NCBI RefSeq assembly: GCF_009914755.1
Contig: NC_060930.1
DNA: 64,000 nucleotides
Origin: the human T2T-CHM13v2.0 reference genome, Homo sapiens
Strand: one strand, 5' to 3'
Part shown: piece after piece, positions 29,001 to 42,399 of the stretch
How the letters are laid out: the number at the start of each line of letters is the position of its first letter
Numbering within the stretch: position 1 is the first letter of the stretch
Translations under genes and position numbers: made by a program
Notes under the pieces: model-generated
Told to the model about the DNA's origin: nothing
The model's database searches: none
The model's input: the letters and a program-made list of their open reading frames with translations, nothing else

Positions 29001-29603
29001 ACTGAGCATTCAAATTCACACAGAGGATACCACGCCAAGAAAATGAAAGCAGAAATATTGGATTCTCCTTATTTGTTAAACCTTTCCCTCTAGAACCAAC
29101 AGCTTTTCAAACTCATAAAACACCCCAAAACAGTAAAACAATATCAATTACTCATCTGAAGATATCCACCTGAAACACAGTTATTAATCTTCAAAGGCCT
29201 AGCACCAGGCAGCTTCACACAGCACATCTGCAGAATTGTAATGATCAATAAGAGTAAACCCAAAGTACACTAAATACTTTCATGGCCTACAGGAAAAAAA
29301 AAAAACGCTCTTTTCAGGACGATGTAATAGTTACACGCTATTTCTTCATGTGCAGCATGATATTCTATGCTTAATGGCATTTAAATGTTACACAGTAAAT
29401 ACTGAGAAAACCCAGAATTTTTGGATGTGCAGAAGCAATATCACATCATTAATACAAAAGGTGCTCAGCTGCGGGATTATAATACCATTGAGTGCTGAGA
29501 CCACTTGAAATCTTAAGTACATTCTTAGCATATGGTCTCCTGGCTGTCACCCAGCCTGGTACCAGCTACCCACCTGTTGCATAGAGCTAGCCCCAGCACT
29601 GCC

Positions 29604-31070
29604 TTGGTTGGGCCGGTTGTTTTTGTCAAACTCTAAGTCTCCCTCAGAATCCCTGTACTTCTCCACTGCAATGTATTGACAGGGTTGTGACCTTGTCCTT
29701 CCCAAGGGGCTCACTCTTGGCCTCTTGCTCACACAGATCCTGCACCTTTTCCAGTCAAATCCCCATTCCAGTAGCAGCAAGGAGATCACTTCTCGTATCA
29801 CTTTTTGGTGGCTGTGCAGGTTCTTGACACTTTGCCTCAGCTACTGGTGGTAGTGTGGGGGCGAATGCATGGGGAAGACAAAAAAGAAGAACTGAGCCAA
29901 GAGGCCTGGTGGGGAAAGTGTGTGGCTGGAGGAGGGAATGCTGGACCCAGGGGCCAGTGGAGGGAGGGTGAGGAGGAGGGTGTGTGGAGCCAGCTGATAT
30001 GAGGAAGGAGGCGGCAGGAGGATTTGCAGAAGGCAACAAAGGCAGTTTGTACTGTAAAAGGGGGAAGAGAAGGAGGTCTTGACGGGTTGTAATATGCAAG
30101 CACCTGTGCTGGGAGCATCCTGTAGTCTCCTGGAGCCATAAGTGCACAGGATTGGAACACAGCTGGGGTAAGGCAGGGAAGTGGGGGCCGCTCTTGAGGT
30201 CCATTTAGGGCCATGTGCCTCACTGAGGCAGAGGAGGGGTGGCACTCAAGCTCAGGGGCCTGGTTTGTGGGCCCATGTGGACATGCATCTTCAGCTGCCT
30301 AGGAAGGGTCGTGAGAATGGTTTGGAGTAGCTCGATAAGAGCATCCCTAACATCCATTGTATGGGACCTGCTGTCTAGGGACAGGGGTTCTTGCAGGATG
30401 CTCCATGGTACACACTGAGACAACCTGTTGCTGGGTCTAAGCTCTTTGTCATATGCCATCATATTCCACTCATGGTGCTTGTTTCTGGCTTTTGTAATCC
30501 TTTTCACATCATAAGTGGTGCCATCTATGTGGTTTTGCTACTTTTGATGCCTTCTGTCTTTCCTTTTGTCTTCTGTGTCCTGCAGCACTTCTTCTTTCCA
30601 GAGGTCAAATAAATGGGAAGGATCAGTATAGAACTTCAGCCTGTCTTTATCATCTCCATGTGCTCTCATGCTATTCAGGGGAGGTGGTCAATCACTCTGA
30701 TTGTAAATGTCAGCAGCAGGAGTAGGAATGCTGCTCTTTGAAACTGCTTGCTGGTCTTGGGCTGGGGAACTTTTGAGGGCTTTTTCCATGTTGATGTCCT
30801 GTGGTGACACCTCTTCCACTGCTGAATCCAGCTGAGTGACTTTGACCATGAGGCAACAAATTCTAAGAGAATTTGATCTAATGTGGAAGTAGTTAGCCTC
30901 CTTAAATAGCTCACCAAATATGTCTTCAGCATGTATGTTCAGATTGCTTAGCTGGTGCGTAATAGTGACAAGATTGTTGTTGGTTACACTTTCAAGTCAC
31001 TGGTAATCCCTTCAGGCAGAGTTCCCTGGTGCAAATGCTGGGATTAGATGCTCCTCTTCACGGGAGGCAT
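29604..31070 (-). pseudogene. WASF5P: WASF3 (WAVE3)-derived processed pseudogene, coding-homologous part; UTR homology probably extends on both sides
   Basis: ATG CCT CCC GTG AAG AGG at 31070 (parent MPLVKR). Fragments KARNKHHEWNMMAYDKELRPSNRLSQ, MAPGDYRMLPAQ, PPVAEAKCQEPAQPPKSDTRSDLLAA and IAVEKYRDSEGDLEFD. Intronless, with many stops and frameshifts. Confidence 0.93.
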
Positions 31071-31299
31071 GGCTTATAATGTTCTAATTGACTAATGGCT
31101 TCAGAAATTTCCTCAGGAAGCATCACCACTTTGATTCAGATACCAGCAGTAACTGCAATCAAAATTAAAATGATCAGTCCCGCTGATGTAGAGGCAGAGA
31201 TTGCACTGGTAGCTCCCTGATCTTACTCCACACCAGAACACACATCCCTGGGGCTAGCTAAGTTGCCTCAGGCCAGGCCAAGGCCTTGGTCACCCTATT

Positions 31300-32420
31300 T
31301 GTAATTTTCTCTGCAGTTATTTTGCTTTCATTTATTGAACACCTTAGATATGAGCTAAAATCCCCCACCAAATGTGGGAAACTTTCAACTATTATTTTCT
31401 CAAATATTTTTTTCTGATCCTGTGTCTTCTTTTGAGGATCCACTTGCATATCTGGTCACCTGCTTTATATTCTCTGATGGGTTCATGACGTTCTCTTCAT
31501 TTTTTTCTTTAATCTTATTTCAATCTGTGTTTTGGATTTTAGAATTGAGCACATTCTGGAGATTTATATTCAAAGTCACAGGCTTGTTCTTTATTCTGCC
31601 ATCTCAAAACTTCTGTGGACCTCTTCCAGAATACTTTCATTTTCTTTTTTTTCTGTTTGAGAATTTCCACTTAGTATCTTACGTGGTTTCAGCAGGGGTT
31701 TCTGGGTGTGTGTCCTGCATCTGTGTAATTTAGAGGTTGACCAAGTATTTGGGTCATTTATACTCAGATTTTGTGATTCAACTTCATTGTGGTTGCTTTG
31801 TTTCTGGAATTCTCTTTGAATTTCCAATTGTTTTGTTAGCCTCAAATCCTGCCTTTTCACCTCTCAAGCCAGTAAGATTTTTGCTTTCTTCTACTGAGCT
31901 CTGTGCAGGTTGGCAAATGCACTCAGTCCATGTTACTGAAGACTTGCAGATCTTACCAGGATCATTTATCTCTTTGGAGGGTAGACCTCCCTCTAGTTTC
32001 TTTCTGGTTTTTCACCAGATTCCCAAGTGGCCCACACCCATGCAGAGTTTAGTGTTCAACTAGGGATGAGCATAATTTGCATTCACATTGTTGATCTCAA
32101 CTCTTCTGCAGCTCTCTTTCAACATTCTCATTTACATTTCTAGCTGATTTGGGCTCTGAACTCTATAAACTGCCCATATTGAGCCACTAGGGCTGCAGTT
32201 ATCTGCTGGGAGGCTGAAGAGCACTCATAGGTAAGAAGGAAAGGCCACCAACTTGCAGTCCTTACCTAAGACAGAAGGAGTCTTAAACAAGAAAGCTCTT
32301 ATCACATATTGCTTGCCTTTGTTAATTTTCCAGTGACTTCAAATGTTTGTTTTTAGTATTTAGTACAGTTTTCATGTTGCTGTTGGAGGAAAACTTGCTG
32401 GTCTATCTCTTCATGTTGCC
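31300..32420 (-). mobile_element. Old L1M ORF1/5' fragments
   Basis: Degenerate ORF1-like peptide KIFEKIIVESFPHLV on the minus strand. Confidence 0.55.
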
Positions 32421-32554
32421 ATAACCAGAAGTTCTACCCTGAAAGAGACTTTTGGGAGAGAAGGTCACAGTCCACAATTCAATCTTCTGAGACAAATATG
32501 GATCCAGGCACCAGAAACTGTCAAGTTAGATTTCTAAAATTAAAATAAGATTAG

Positions 32555-32850
32555 AGCTGGGTGCAGTGGCTCATGTCTGTAATGCCACAACTTTGGGAGG
32601 CCAAGGTGGGTGGATTGCTTGAGCCCAGGAGTTCAAGACAAGCCTGGGTAACATGACAAAAACCCATCTCTACAAAAAACACAAAAATTAGCCAGGTGCG
32701 GTGGCACACAGCTGTAGTCCCGGCTACTTGGAAGGCTGAGGTGGGAGGATCACCTAAGCCTGGGGCGGTCGAGGCTGCAGTGAGTTGTGTTCGCACCATT
32801 GGACTCCAGCCTGGGCAAGAGAGTGAGACCATTGTTTGAAAAAATAAAGA
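32555..32850 (+). mobile_element. Alu (AluJ-like)
   Basis: Dimeric Alu; AAGATTAG repeated on both sides. Confidence 0.88.
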
Positions 32851-33480
32851 TTGAATGAATAATAAAAGAAGATTAGGCCTGGCATCTGTGACCCCAAGGT
32901 TCTATGGGAATCACTGACTTCATACAACCTACAATGATAAAGAAGGACACCCTACATATATATGACTGGCCTCTTTAGTATTGGAGAGAGCACATTCCAT
33001 AGCTCATAACTTTCCGACAGTCTGTGAATCAAGTCACCAAAACTGCAGCTAAAGTTGAATGGAGGCCATGGAAGTAGTTCAGTGAAGTACAAAACAAGCA
33101 CTGCTTTTGTTCTTGATTCTTTCCCCAAACAATGCACTCACATGTTTTTAATAAATTCTACAGCCGGTTGTAGCTATTGGCAATGAGACCTCCCATTATT
33201 GAGGCCCTGGTCTTTTTAACTTGAGGAATTCCAGCAAATCTAAGGAGTACAAGCTCTTTGAGAAATAACTGCATGATATTATTAAACTCTAATGAGGACA
33301 GATGATTTCACCAATGAAAAAGTATGACTTCATATCCTGCAAGGGTATTTCTCTAATCCAAAATCCTATGAGCTAGTACAAGTACAGAAACATTCCATAA
33401 TAAATGGAAATGTCATTTTGATCCAGGCAAAAGTCAAGCATATCTGCCATTTGGCCCTAAATGCTTATTTGGATATTGTT

Positions 33481-33482
<2 letters not shown>

Positions 33483-33531
<49 letters not shown>

Positions 33532-33549
33532 TGTGTGTGTTTGTGTGTG
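33483..33549. repeat. Compound (TG)n microsatellite, likely the MHC marker C1_2_5 (D6S2811)
   Basis: About 22 TG units, then TT-interrupted (GT)5 and (GT)4 blocks, about 19 kb upstream of HLA-C. The repeat is seen directly; the marker name is from recall of its position and flanks. Confidence 0.85.
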
Positions 33550-36500
33550 GCAGTCATAGGACTCATTGCCCAAGTTTCAGGGTTTGGGGAAAAAGTTCCA
33601 TTCTTTTTCTGAATTTGAGTAATAGCTTCTGGCTTACTACTGGGCCCTGGTAGATTCTGAATTCTATGATCATGATACAGAAAATGACCAAGTGACTTGA
33701 GATGCCCATTATGACCTGAGTTTTATCGGGTCACTCATGCTCACCAGCCCTCAGTCTGCAAGGGGAAATGGTATACACAGCATCAGACTTTAGCAGGTTC
33801 CATAAGGCCAGGTAAGTTGCCTAATAATTTGTACTATACTCCTAATGTTCTTATTACCACTGGAGAGTCCACTCTCCCTTGTCTCATTATTGAGGTCTTG
33901 AGGAGTTCCCTAAGGACAACTGACTGTAGAAGGAAAAAAATTTGAGTATGCTTGGATACCCCAGAGTTAACTGTCAGGGCATTAGAGTCTCTTTCAGGAA
34001 TCATCATTAAGAGTAATGGAAATAAAAATACTTCCAGTGAGAAGATGTTCAATTAGACCATCTGGAAGTGCAGTTTACCAAAAGGAGAAACGTCTTACTG
34101 TTGGGTCCTAATCAATGCACAGCAGTAGCTAGTAGTTTCCTTAGATAGTCAGTGACTTTAAAGGAATAAGATGGTAAGGTTTGTGATAAGGAGCGTTGGG
34201 GAGGAGATTTGAACCACTCACATGGCACATTTAGGTAAACATACCTACCCTCATGCTAACAAAAATGGATAGTGAAAAAATAAAACACAATGTAGAAGCA
34301 TTGAGAGGCTTAAACTTTAATAAAAATTGTCAAATCCTAAATCACGGAATTGTGCATTTACTTTTTTTGCTGAGCTTATTTACTTAATGTAGGATAATTA
34401 AGGTTTAGTTTTCATGGCCTCCTAAGGCATTTGGAATAGAAGACAGAGTTCAGGTAGCACTCAGAGTGGGAAATTTAATAGAGTGTTCTCCTCATTTCAC
34501 CAGGATCCCAAAGCCAGCTCCTCAGTATAAGGAAAACATCCTTGCTTGAAGGTCTCCCCAGAAAGTCACCTTGGTGCTGAGTGGAGAGGGGCAAAACCTT
34601 CTCCTGAGATTAAAGAGAAGTGGATTTGCAGCCCGAGTTCACACTCCCTGGGTGGTCTAAAAATCATCAAGGCATGAATTTATTTTAAAGTAGTGCAGAC
34701 TCCAAGGAACCTTGGAAAATCAAGCAAAACTTCTCTGAAAAATTTCTACTGTCATTGGCACTCTGAAAATTCCAAAAAATCATTACACCAGCAAAAGGAG
34801 CACTTAACAGTTAAGAACAACAACAGAGAACAATGTTCATAAGAGACAAAGCACCGTGAAAGAACAAGAAAATACAACAGACAGCAGAATCATACAATCA
34901 TATAACTGAGAAATCAGAATAATTGTATAGGATATAAAATTGCTAAATGGGCTATGATTAAAGAACAGATTGTTAAATACATTTAGTGACTATAAAACTA
35001 TAAATAATCTTCAGAAAAATTTGAAGAGACAAACACATAACACTTAAGCATGAAAATATAATAATAAAATTTAAATCTCAATGAATTTTGAAGACAAACA
35101 ATTTAACACAAACACACCTAGTAAAGTACAAGAAGTTCTAAAGAATGTACTTTAGTCACAAAAAGATATCCCAGGTAGAAAGTATGAGGTGAAAGAAAAA
35201 AACAAACAAAAAATAAAGGTAAATGGATGGTTAAATATAAATTGAGGTTTAAAAGGATAGTGTATATATTGAGAATCTATAAATATTGTTAAATGAAATA
35301 CAAATTATTTTATCTTTTTCCAGGTCTAATGTTGGATTTCTTTTCTTCATATTCTGATTAAAATTTCAAGATAAACTTCTCACTCATAATGTGTCCCATT
35401 CTGGTTTTGTTTTGTACATTTCAGTATAATGCATATAAAAGAATATTCTGCGGGTCTTTTTATGGTATCTTTCCAAGCTATTGTTGGATTGTCCAGTACT
35501 TCACGTTCTCCAACCTTGTAAGTAATGAATGTACAAGTTCAACTGTACATTTTTACTAGTGGGCAGTTTTCCACAATATGAATGCCATTCATGTAGTTGG
35601 CGGGACCTGCCAGTGTATCTTTCAGAACCACGGACAGATCTACATGTTCTGGGATGTAGGGAGCTAGAGTGCTCTCTCAACTGGATGCAATGGAATGCCA
35701 GGGAGGAAAGTTTAAGATAAACTCTAGTCACCACGGAATTGTGATTTTTAAGCATAGTAAGCATAGTCTGAAATACCACATTCTTTCCAACCCCTCTCTG
35801 CACCCAATACGTCATTAGCCCTGTATTTTATACTCACTGTCATAAAAGAACCTGTTGGGGAAGGGGAGGTAGCTTTAGGTCAGTCTTGGTACAATCATAC
35901 AGTGGCTAAATTAGTAGATCTAGTGTAAAATGGCCTGGAACTGAATTCTAGCCTCATATCTTCAAAATTATGGAACTTTGGGCAAGTAACTTAACATCTC
36001 TGTACCTAATTTTCTTGAACAAGTTACAGTTTACAGATTTCATTTATTTATTGTGGATAATAACATCCTTCTCATATGGTTGTGATAAATATTGAACAAA
36101 ATAATCCATGTAGGTACAAAAACCAGTGCCTGAAATATAGCAAGAGCCTTTTAAATGCAGCCATTATTGTTATTATGGTTATTCTTATTGTCGTTTTTCA
36201 CAGAATACCTTCTGGTTCCCACACAGGATCTCTGAGGACCTGTTGGATCAGCAGCTCTTTTGTAAGATTCGTTGATATTGTGAAAATTCTCTAATCACAG
36301 CCCAGCTACAATTTTACAGAAGTTCCCAATACCTTATCTGAAGGTTTCTTACAGTCAGATTATGAGTCTTGGTTGAAGGCATCTTCTGGAGTCATGGTAA
36401 CACTCCGGGTATTCTGGGAAAACAGTGATTTCAAAATACAGTTTGTCTTGTTGAGACTAGGAATTTGGAAAATTCCAGTCTGTGAAGTGAAGGGAGAGGA

Positions 36501-37599
36501 GATACTTCCTTAGCAGGAGGAAGAGAATGTACCAAGTACAGGGCAGTTAAAGAAATGTTTGTTTGATTTTTTTGCCAGTGGTTATATCTGTGGTTTCATT
36601 AGTTAAATGCCTTATGTGGTACATTCTTCCCAATAAGTATTTTTAAAAGCCTCTGAAAGGAAGGAGCTCTTGCTACCACCATCCTCTCAGTCAAGTGGGA
36701 ATAATCTGGTGAGCATAGCAGATGCCAATCAGTTCATAAAAAGCTCAATCTTCAAGTTTGCAGAATTAATTCTAAAAACGAGAAGAGTATTGGACATAGA
36801 ATTTGACATATATGTTGCATGCAGAAGCTGATATTTTAGCTTTATAGTTTACAGGTCCCTCAGAATGTTTTATACTTTTTTATCATAACTGGGAAGCTGT
36901 CACTTTAATCTTTGAGTAGGACTAAGGTATGAAAAGAGCAATGATGGTGTGCTCAATGGCTATATTACTAAACACAAGAATGTTTTCAGCTCGATCTACC
37001 TGAGCTACATGGAGATTTGATAACTAAATATAAAGTGAATGGAGATAAATGCCTTACTTACCTTCTGCAGATGACACCTTCTAGTTAGCAAGTGGCAGAT
37101 CCAGGACTACTGGGCTAGGAAGCTGCTTGGGCTGGAGTACAAGGGCAGTTTCAGGGATAGAGAAATTAACAGGCAGAGAGGGAATCTCTGAGACTAGGAA
37201 AGACTAACTGCAGCTGGGCCTAGATGATCTGAGATCCAAATGTAGCTGTTGATCTTAAATTATATAAAGTAGCAATGGAACTGTCAGTCAGTCAGCATGT
37301 CTAGCTAGTCAGACAGATCAGGAGTTTAATCACTGACGTTATGGGAAATCAGAAAACTCTGGGATGGCTGGGAGAATATGTGCGTATAGACGTCTGTAGA
37401 GTGGGTGACAAATAAATGAAACCACCTAAATATTTACCCCAGGGGAGTAGGTGCATATAACATACTATGGAACAGCATTAAAATGATGAGTTAAACCATT
37501 TTTTCTGTGAAATTCAAAGGATGTTCATGATATAATAGAAATAAAAATATCAAATGATAGGGCACTGTGAATACAATGTAATTTTTCAAAAGCTACAAT

Positions 37600-39205
37600 G
37601 AGCAATAAGATGAAATAAAAGTCATCTAGATTAAAAAACAAGAGGTAAAACTATCTCAATTGCAGATGATAAAATCTTATATAGAAATACGAAAGAATTC
37701 ACTAAAAACGAGTTTAGCAACTACTAAACCACTAATACTAAATGAGTTTAGCACATTGGTAGGCTACAAGATCAAAATACAAAAATTGAGTGTGCTTCTA
37801 TAGAGTATCAATGCAGTAATACAAATGTTATTAAAAAATCCAACTTACAACAGCATTAAAAAGAATGAAGTCAGAACAAAATTGAGGGCCCAGCAATACT
37901 CTTCACTTATATGGTTAATTGGTTTTAGAAAACAGTGCTAATATAATTCAGTGAGGGGAAGAAATTATCTTTTCATCAAATAGTGCAGAGACAACAGGCT
38001 ATCCCTATGCAAAAGAATAAAGCTGGATCCCTACTTCACACCACATATAAAAATTACCTCAAAGTGTATCAAAGACCTAAATGTGAGACTTAACATTAGA
38101 GAACTCTTAGAAGAAAACATAAGCATAAATCTTCATGACTTTGGATTAGGTAAAAATACCTGATCTTAAATGATACCAAAGGCACAAGCAAAAAGAGGAA
38201 ATAAAAGATAAATTGAACATCATCAAAATTAAAAATGTGTGAGTCTAAGGACATCATCAAGAAAGTGAAAAGAAACTCATTGAATGGGAGAAAAGTTTTG
38301 CAAATCTTATATCTGGCAAGGAAAGGACTTGTATCTAGAATATATAAAGAATGGTTGTAACTCAATATAATAATATTAATAATAAGATAATAATAAACAA
38401 TAAATAATAAAATAATAATAATAAGACAAATAATATACAAAAGGCCCATAAGCACATAGAAACATGTTCAACATCATTAACCATCAGGGAAATGCACATC
38501 AACCCAAAAATGAGATACTATTTCCCACCCACTAGAATGGCTATAATTAAAAAGATAATAATTAGTGTTGATGAGAATGTGAAGATACTAGAACACTCAC
38601 ACTTTGCTGGTGGGGATTTAAGAGACATAGCCCCTTTAGAAAGCAGGCTCTCAGTAGCTCAAATTGTTGAACATTAAGTTATTACATGACCCAGCAATCC
38701 CCTCCTATGTATACAGTATACCCAAGAGAAATGAAAACATAAGTTCACATAAAAACCTATATGCCATGTTTATAGCAGCATTATTAATCACAATCCAAAT
38801 GAGAAGGACCAAAATGTCACCAACTAATAAATAAATTGTGATATATCCATACAATGGAATGTAATTCAGCGATGAAAAAGATGTGAAGTACTGATACAAG
38901 CTACGACCCACACAAACTTTGAAAATGTTCTGGTAAGTAAAAGAAGGCGACACAAAAGGCCACATGATGTATAATTTCATTACATAAAATGTTCAGAATA
39001 GGTAAATCTGTAGAGTTAAAACATAGGTTGGTAGTTTCTTAGGGCTGGGGTTTGGATATGGATTTTTCTGCAGGGCTGGGAGGAGATAAAAGGATCTGTA
39101 ATTGATTGTGGTAATGGAGGCACAACTGTGAATATTCTAAAAGCCACTGAATTGTATATTTTGAATGTGCAGATTTTATACTATTTAAATTATATCTCAA
39201 GTTGC
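37600..39205 (+). mobile_element. Old L1M ORF2 3' end and 3'UTR
   Basis: Degenerate L1 motifs (ATGAGATACTATTTCCCACCCACTAGAATGGC; GACCCAGCAATCCC). Confidence 0.75.
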
Positions 39206-40049
39206 CCTGAAAATGATTAAATTACATATAAAACTTATAGTCATTACAGCTCAACAAAAGCTACCAGATAAAAACACTCACTATGGTTTGCGTGCAAGTG
39301 AAGAAAGTAGACATGCAGAGAGTAGGCTGATACAATAGTAATCACCTTAGTTAAGTGGGTTTGGATTTAGTGAAAGGAGAGATTTAAAAGTATATTTATG
39401 CATAATTTGATTGTTTCATTTCCTACTGTGAGCAAGAATTATTTTTACACTAAAATTTAAAAAATAGAAAGTTACAAATCTTGAAAGCTCTGCAGTCAAA
39501 TAAACATAGTAACAAGTGATAATGAGCTGTCTGGAATGTCTTCCTAGAGAACTGGCTGAAGCACATGCATGCAAAAGGAAGGCAATGGCTGAAGAATCAA
39601 GGCAGAACTACAGTGGTAGAAGAGAAGAAAAATGTAAACATGGAGATATAAGACAAGAAGACGACTGATGAAGGAAGTGGACATGAATACTGTGAAAACC
39701 TCTTGGGGAGTCAGAAATGACCGGGTCTACGTGGGAGGGAAACTGGATTACAGCCCAAGATGGCCAGCCATCAGGGACAGTGTCCCGAATCAGAAGGGCT
39801 GTCTAATCATTCCCTTTCTTCTCCTTCCAACACCCCAGCAAGATTATTGCCTAATTTACAGCCATGCACGTTGAAGAATCAGTACAATTTGGAGACTTTG
39901 AGACAACAGACAGAAAATTTTTGAGCTCCTCTGGGCATTAGTGAGCTGTTTTCAGAAAAACAGACTCACTCTGGTATTTCAGGAATAAATAGAAATAAGA
40001 GCATACACTAATGTTTGGAAACCACGGGTAGCAAATATTGGTGAAGTCA

Positions 40050-40530
40050 TGTGACAGGCAGAATAACAGTCTCCTAAATATGCCTGTGTCCTAATCCCTG
40101 GAACTTATAAAAATGTCTCCTAATAGGGCAAAAGGAAATTTTCAGATGTGATTAAGCTGAGGCTCTTGAGATGGGAAGATTATCCTGGATTATCTGGGCA
40201 GGTTCGATGTAATCACAATAGTCCTTATAAGTGAAAGGAGTAGAAAGCAGCATCAGAGTTAGAGCTGTGACAACAGAATCAGAGGTCAAAGTGATGTGAC
40301 TGCTGACTTGGAAGATGGAGGAAGAGACCACAAGCCAAAGAATGCAGGCAGCCCCAAGAAGCTGGAAAGGGTGAGGAAACAGATTTTCCTTTAGAGCCTC
40401 AGAAGAAATGCAGCTCTGACAACATGTTAATTTTAGCCCATAGTGACACATTTTTGACTTCTTACCTCCAGAACTATAAGAGAATACATTGGTGTTGTTT
40501 TAAGCCACATAGTTGTGGTAATTTGTTATA
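40050..40530 (+). mobile_element. MLT1 (MaLR) LTR, MLT1D-like
   Basis: TGTGACAGGCAGAATAA start, CCTCCAGAACTATAAGAGAATA and TTTGTTATAGCAGCA end motifs. Confidence 0.8.
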
Positions 40531-41206
40531 GCAGCAGCAGGATACTATAATAATACCAGTCACCATTGGAGCTCCTGGAAGCTGCAGTAGGGAGGTCAGG
40601 GAAGCATATACTGAAGACTTCAGCTTGAAGCATGGATGGGAGGTTCTCAGAATCCTGCTGCGAGATTGCTATATTCTCCAGAACCTATGAGAAAGCTCTT
40701 ATCACTCATCTTAGTCCACACAAGCAAAGCAGGTGGGTCTCTAGCCTAGCAGGGAAGCCACTGAGAACCTGACATCTGCCTGCTCCTCTACCTGCAGCCA
40801 CCACTGATGGGTACAGGTCTGTCCCACCATCTCTCCAGGGCCCCATTTCTTAGGCAAGTCTCTCTCACTGGAAAATGTAAACTGGAACTATACAGGGAAG
40901 GGGATCCTGGGAGATATAGTGCCTGGCTTCTCCTCTGCAGAGAAGATGCTAGAGGGGAGATGAGGTGATACTGGGTTTTTAACAATGCAACACATGAGTT
41001 ACTAACAGTGAATGAAGGGGGACTGGCTGACCTCAGTTTGACAAGCAAATGTGCCATTAGATGATGCAAACCATTGGTATATCTATGAGATTTAGTAGTT
41101 TTAGCAAGCTATTTATTGGAGCAAGGATGTATCAAAAACTATGAAAAGTGCAGGTTTAAAAAATGTACAAAAAATTTAATGGACTACACAAATGAAATAA
41201 ATTCTT

Positions 41207-41743
41207 TTTTTAATTATACTTTTAAGTTCTGGGATATATGTGCAGAATGTACAGGTTGGTTATATAGGTACACATGTGCCATAGTGGTTTGCTGCATCCA
41301 TCAACCCATCATCTAGGTTTTAAGCCCCGCATGCATTAGGTATTTCTCCTAATGGTATCCCTCCCCTTGCCCCCATCCCCTGACAGACCCCAGTATGTGA
41401 TGTTTCCCTCCTTGTGTCCACATGTTCTCATTGTTCAACTCCTGCTTGTAAGTGAGAACATGCGGTGTTTGGTTTTCTGTTTCTGTGTTAGTTTGCTAAG
41501 AATGATTGTTTCCAGCTTCATCCATGTCTCTGCAAAGCACATGAACTCATTCTTTTTTATGGCTGCATAACATTCCATGGTGTATATGTGCCACATTTTC
41601 TTTATCCAGTCTATCATTGATGGGCATTTGGATTGGTTCCAAGTCTTTGCTATTGCAAATAGTGCTGCAGTGAACATATGTGTGCATGTGTCTTTATAGT
41701 AGAATGATTTATAATCCTTTGGGTATATGCCCAGTAATGGGAT
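41207..41743 (-). mobile_element. 5'-truncated L1PA 3' end
   Basis: ORF2 C-terminus MFTAALFAIAKTWNQSKCPSMIDWIKKMW. TSD AAATAAATTCTT at 41195-41206 and 41744-41755. Confidence 0.92.
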
Positions 41744-42399
41744 AAATAAATTCTTAACTATGCTGCTATTTTATTTATTTAAAAATGTGAGTTCGTGGTC
41801 TGAGTAATTTACCTCAGTATGACTCAAGAAGGGCACTGGAAGTCCGTTGATCTGGCCAGAACAGAACCACATATATGAATGGAAAAAGTGGTCTTGTGTC
41901 TGCCAATCCCAGGGGCTTACAGGATGCTGTCTAGAATAGGCTGGCTACGGCAACTCCTAGTTAAGCCAGAAGTTTGGAATGAGTTCAATTTTGGGGGATT
42001 AAATTCTAATGAGAGGCAGAAAACAGGAAAGTTTATGCTTTTCCATGCTAATCAATGGCCCCATAAACATTTTCTTGTATATATTTTTGTAATTTCAAAA
42101 AACTCAAGTGTTTTATCAGTAATTTCTTAGAGGTGCACACAGAGAGAGATGAGTATAATTGTGAAGCTAAGTTTTGTAAAGCACAGGGATGGCTAAGAAT
42201 GGGAAGGAACTGATCCCAGAATCCCACAGAGTTAACCAGTAACCCTCAGCCCAAGTACGTGATGACCACTGTTGAGCTTCAAAGGAAAAGCGGCCATCTG
42301 AGGAGCAAACAGAATTGCATGAAGAATAAGAGTGCAGACGGTGTCCTAAATACAGTGCTGAGATTCATGTAGAAGCACAGGAGGAAGCAACTGTGTAAG

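Noticed and set aside
27620-29600. Non-repetitive-looking stretch as a possible novel element
   Set aside because: Most simply the 3'UTR part of the WASF3 retrocopy; no poly(A) or TSD found to prove it, so it is not called separately
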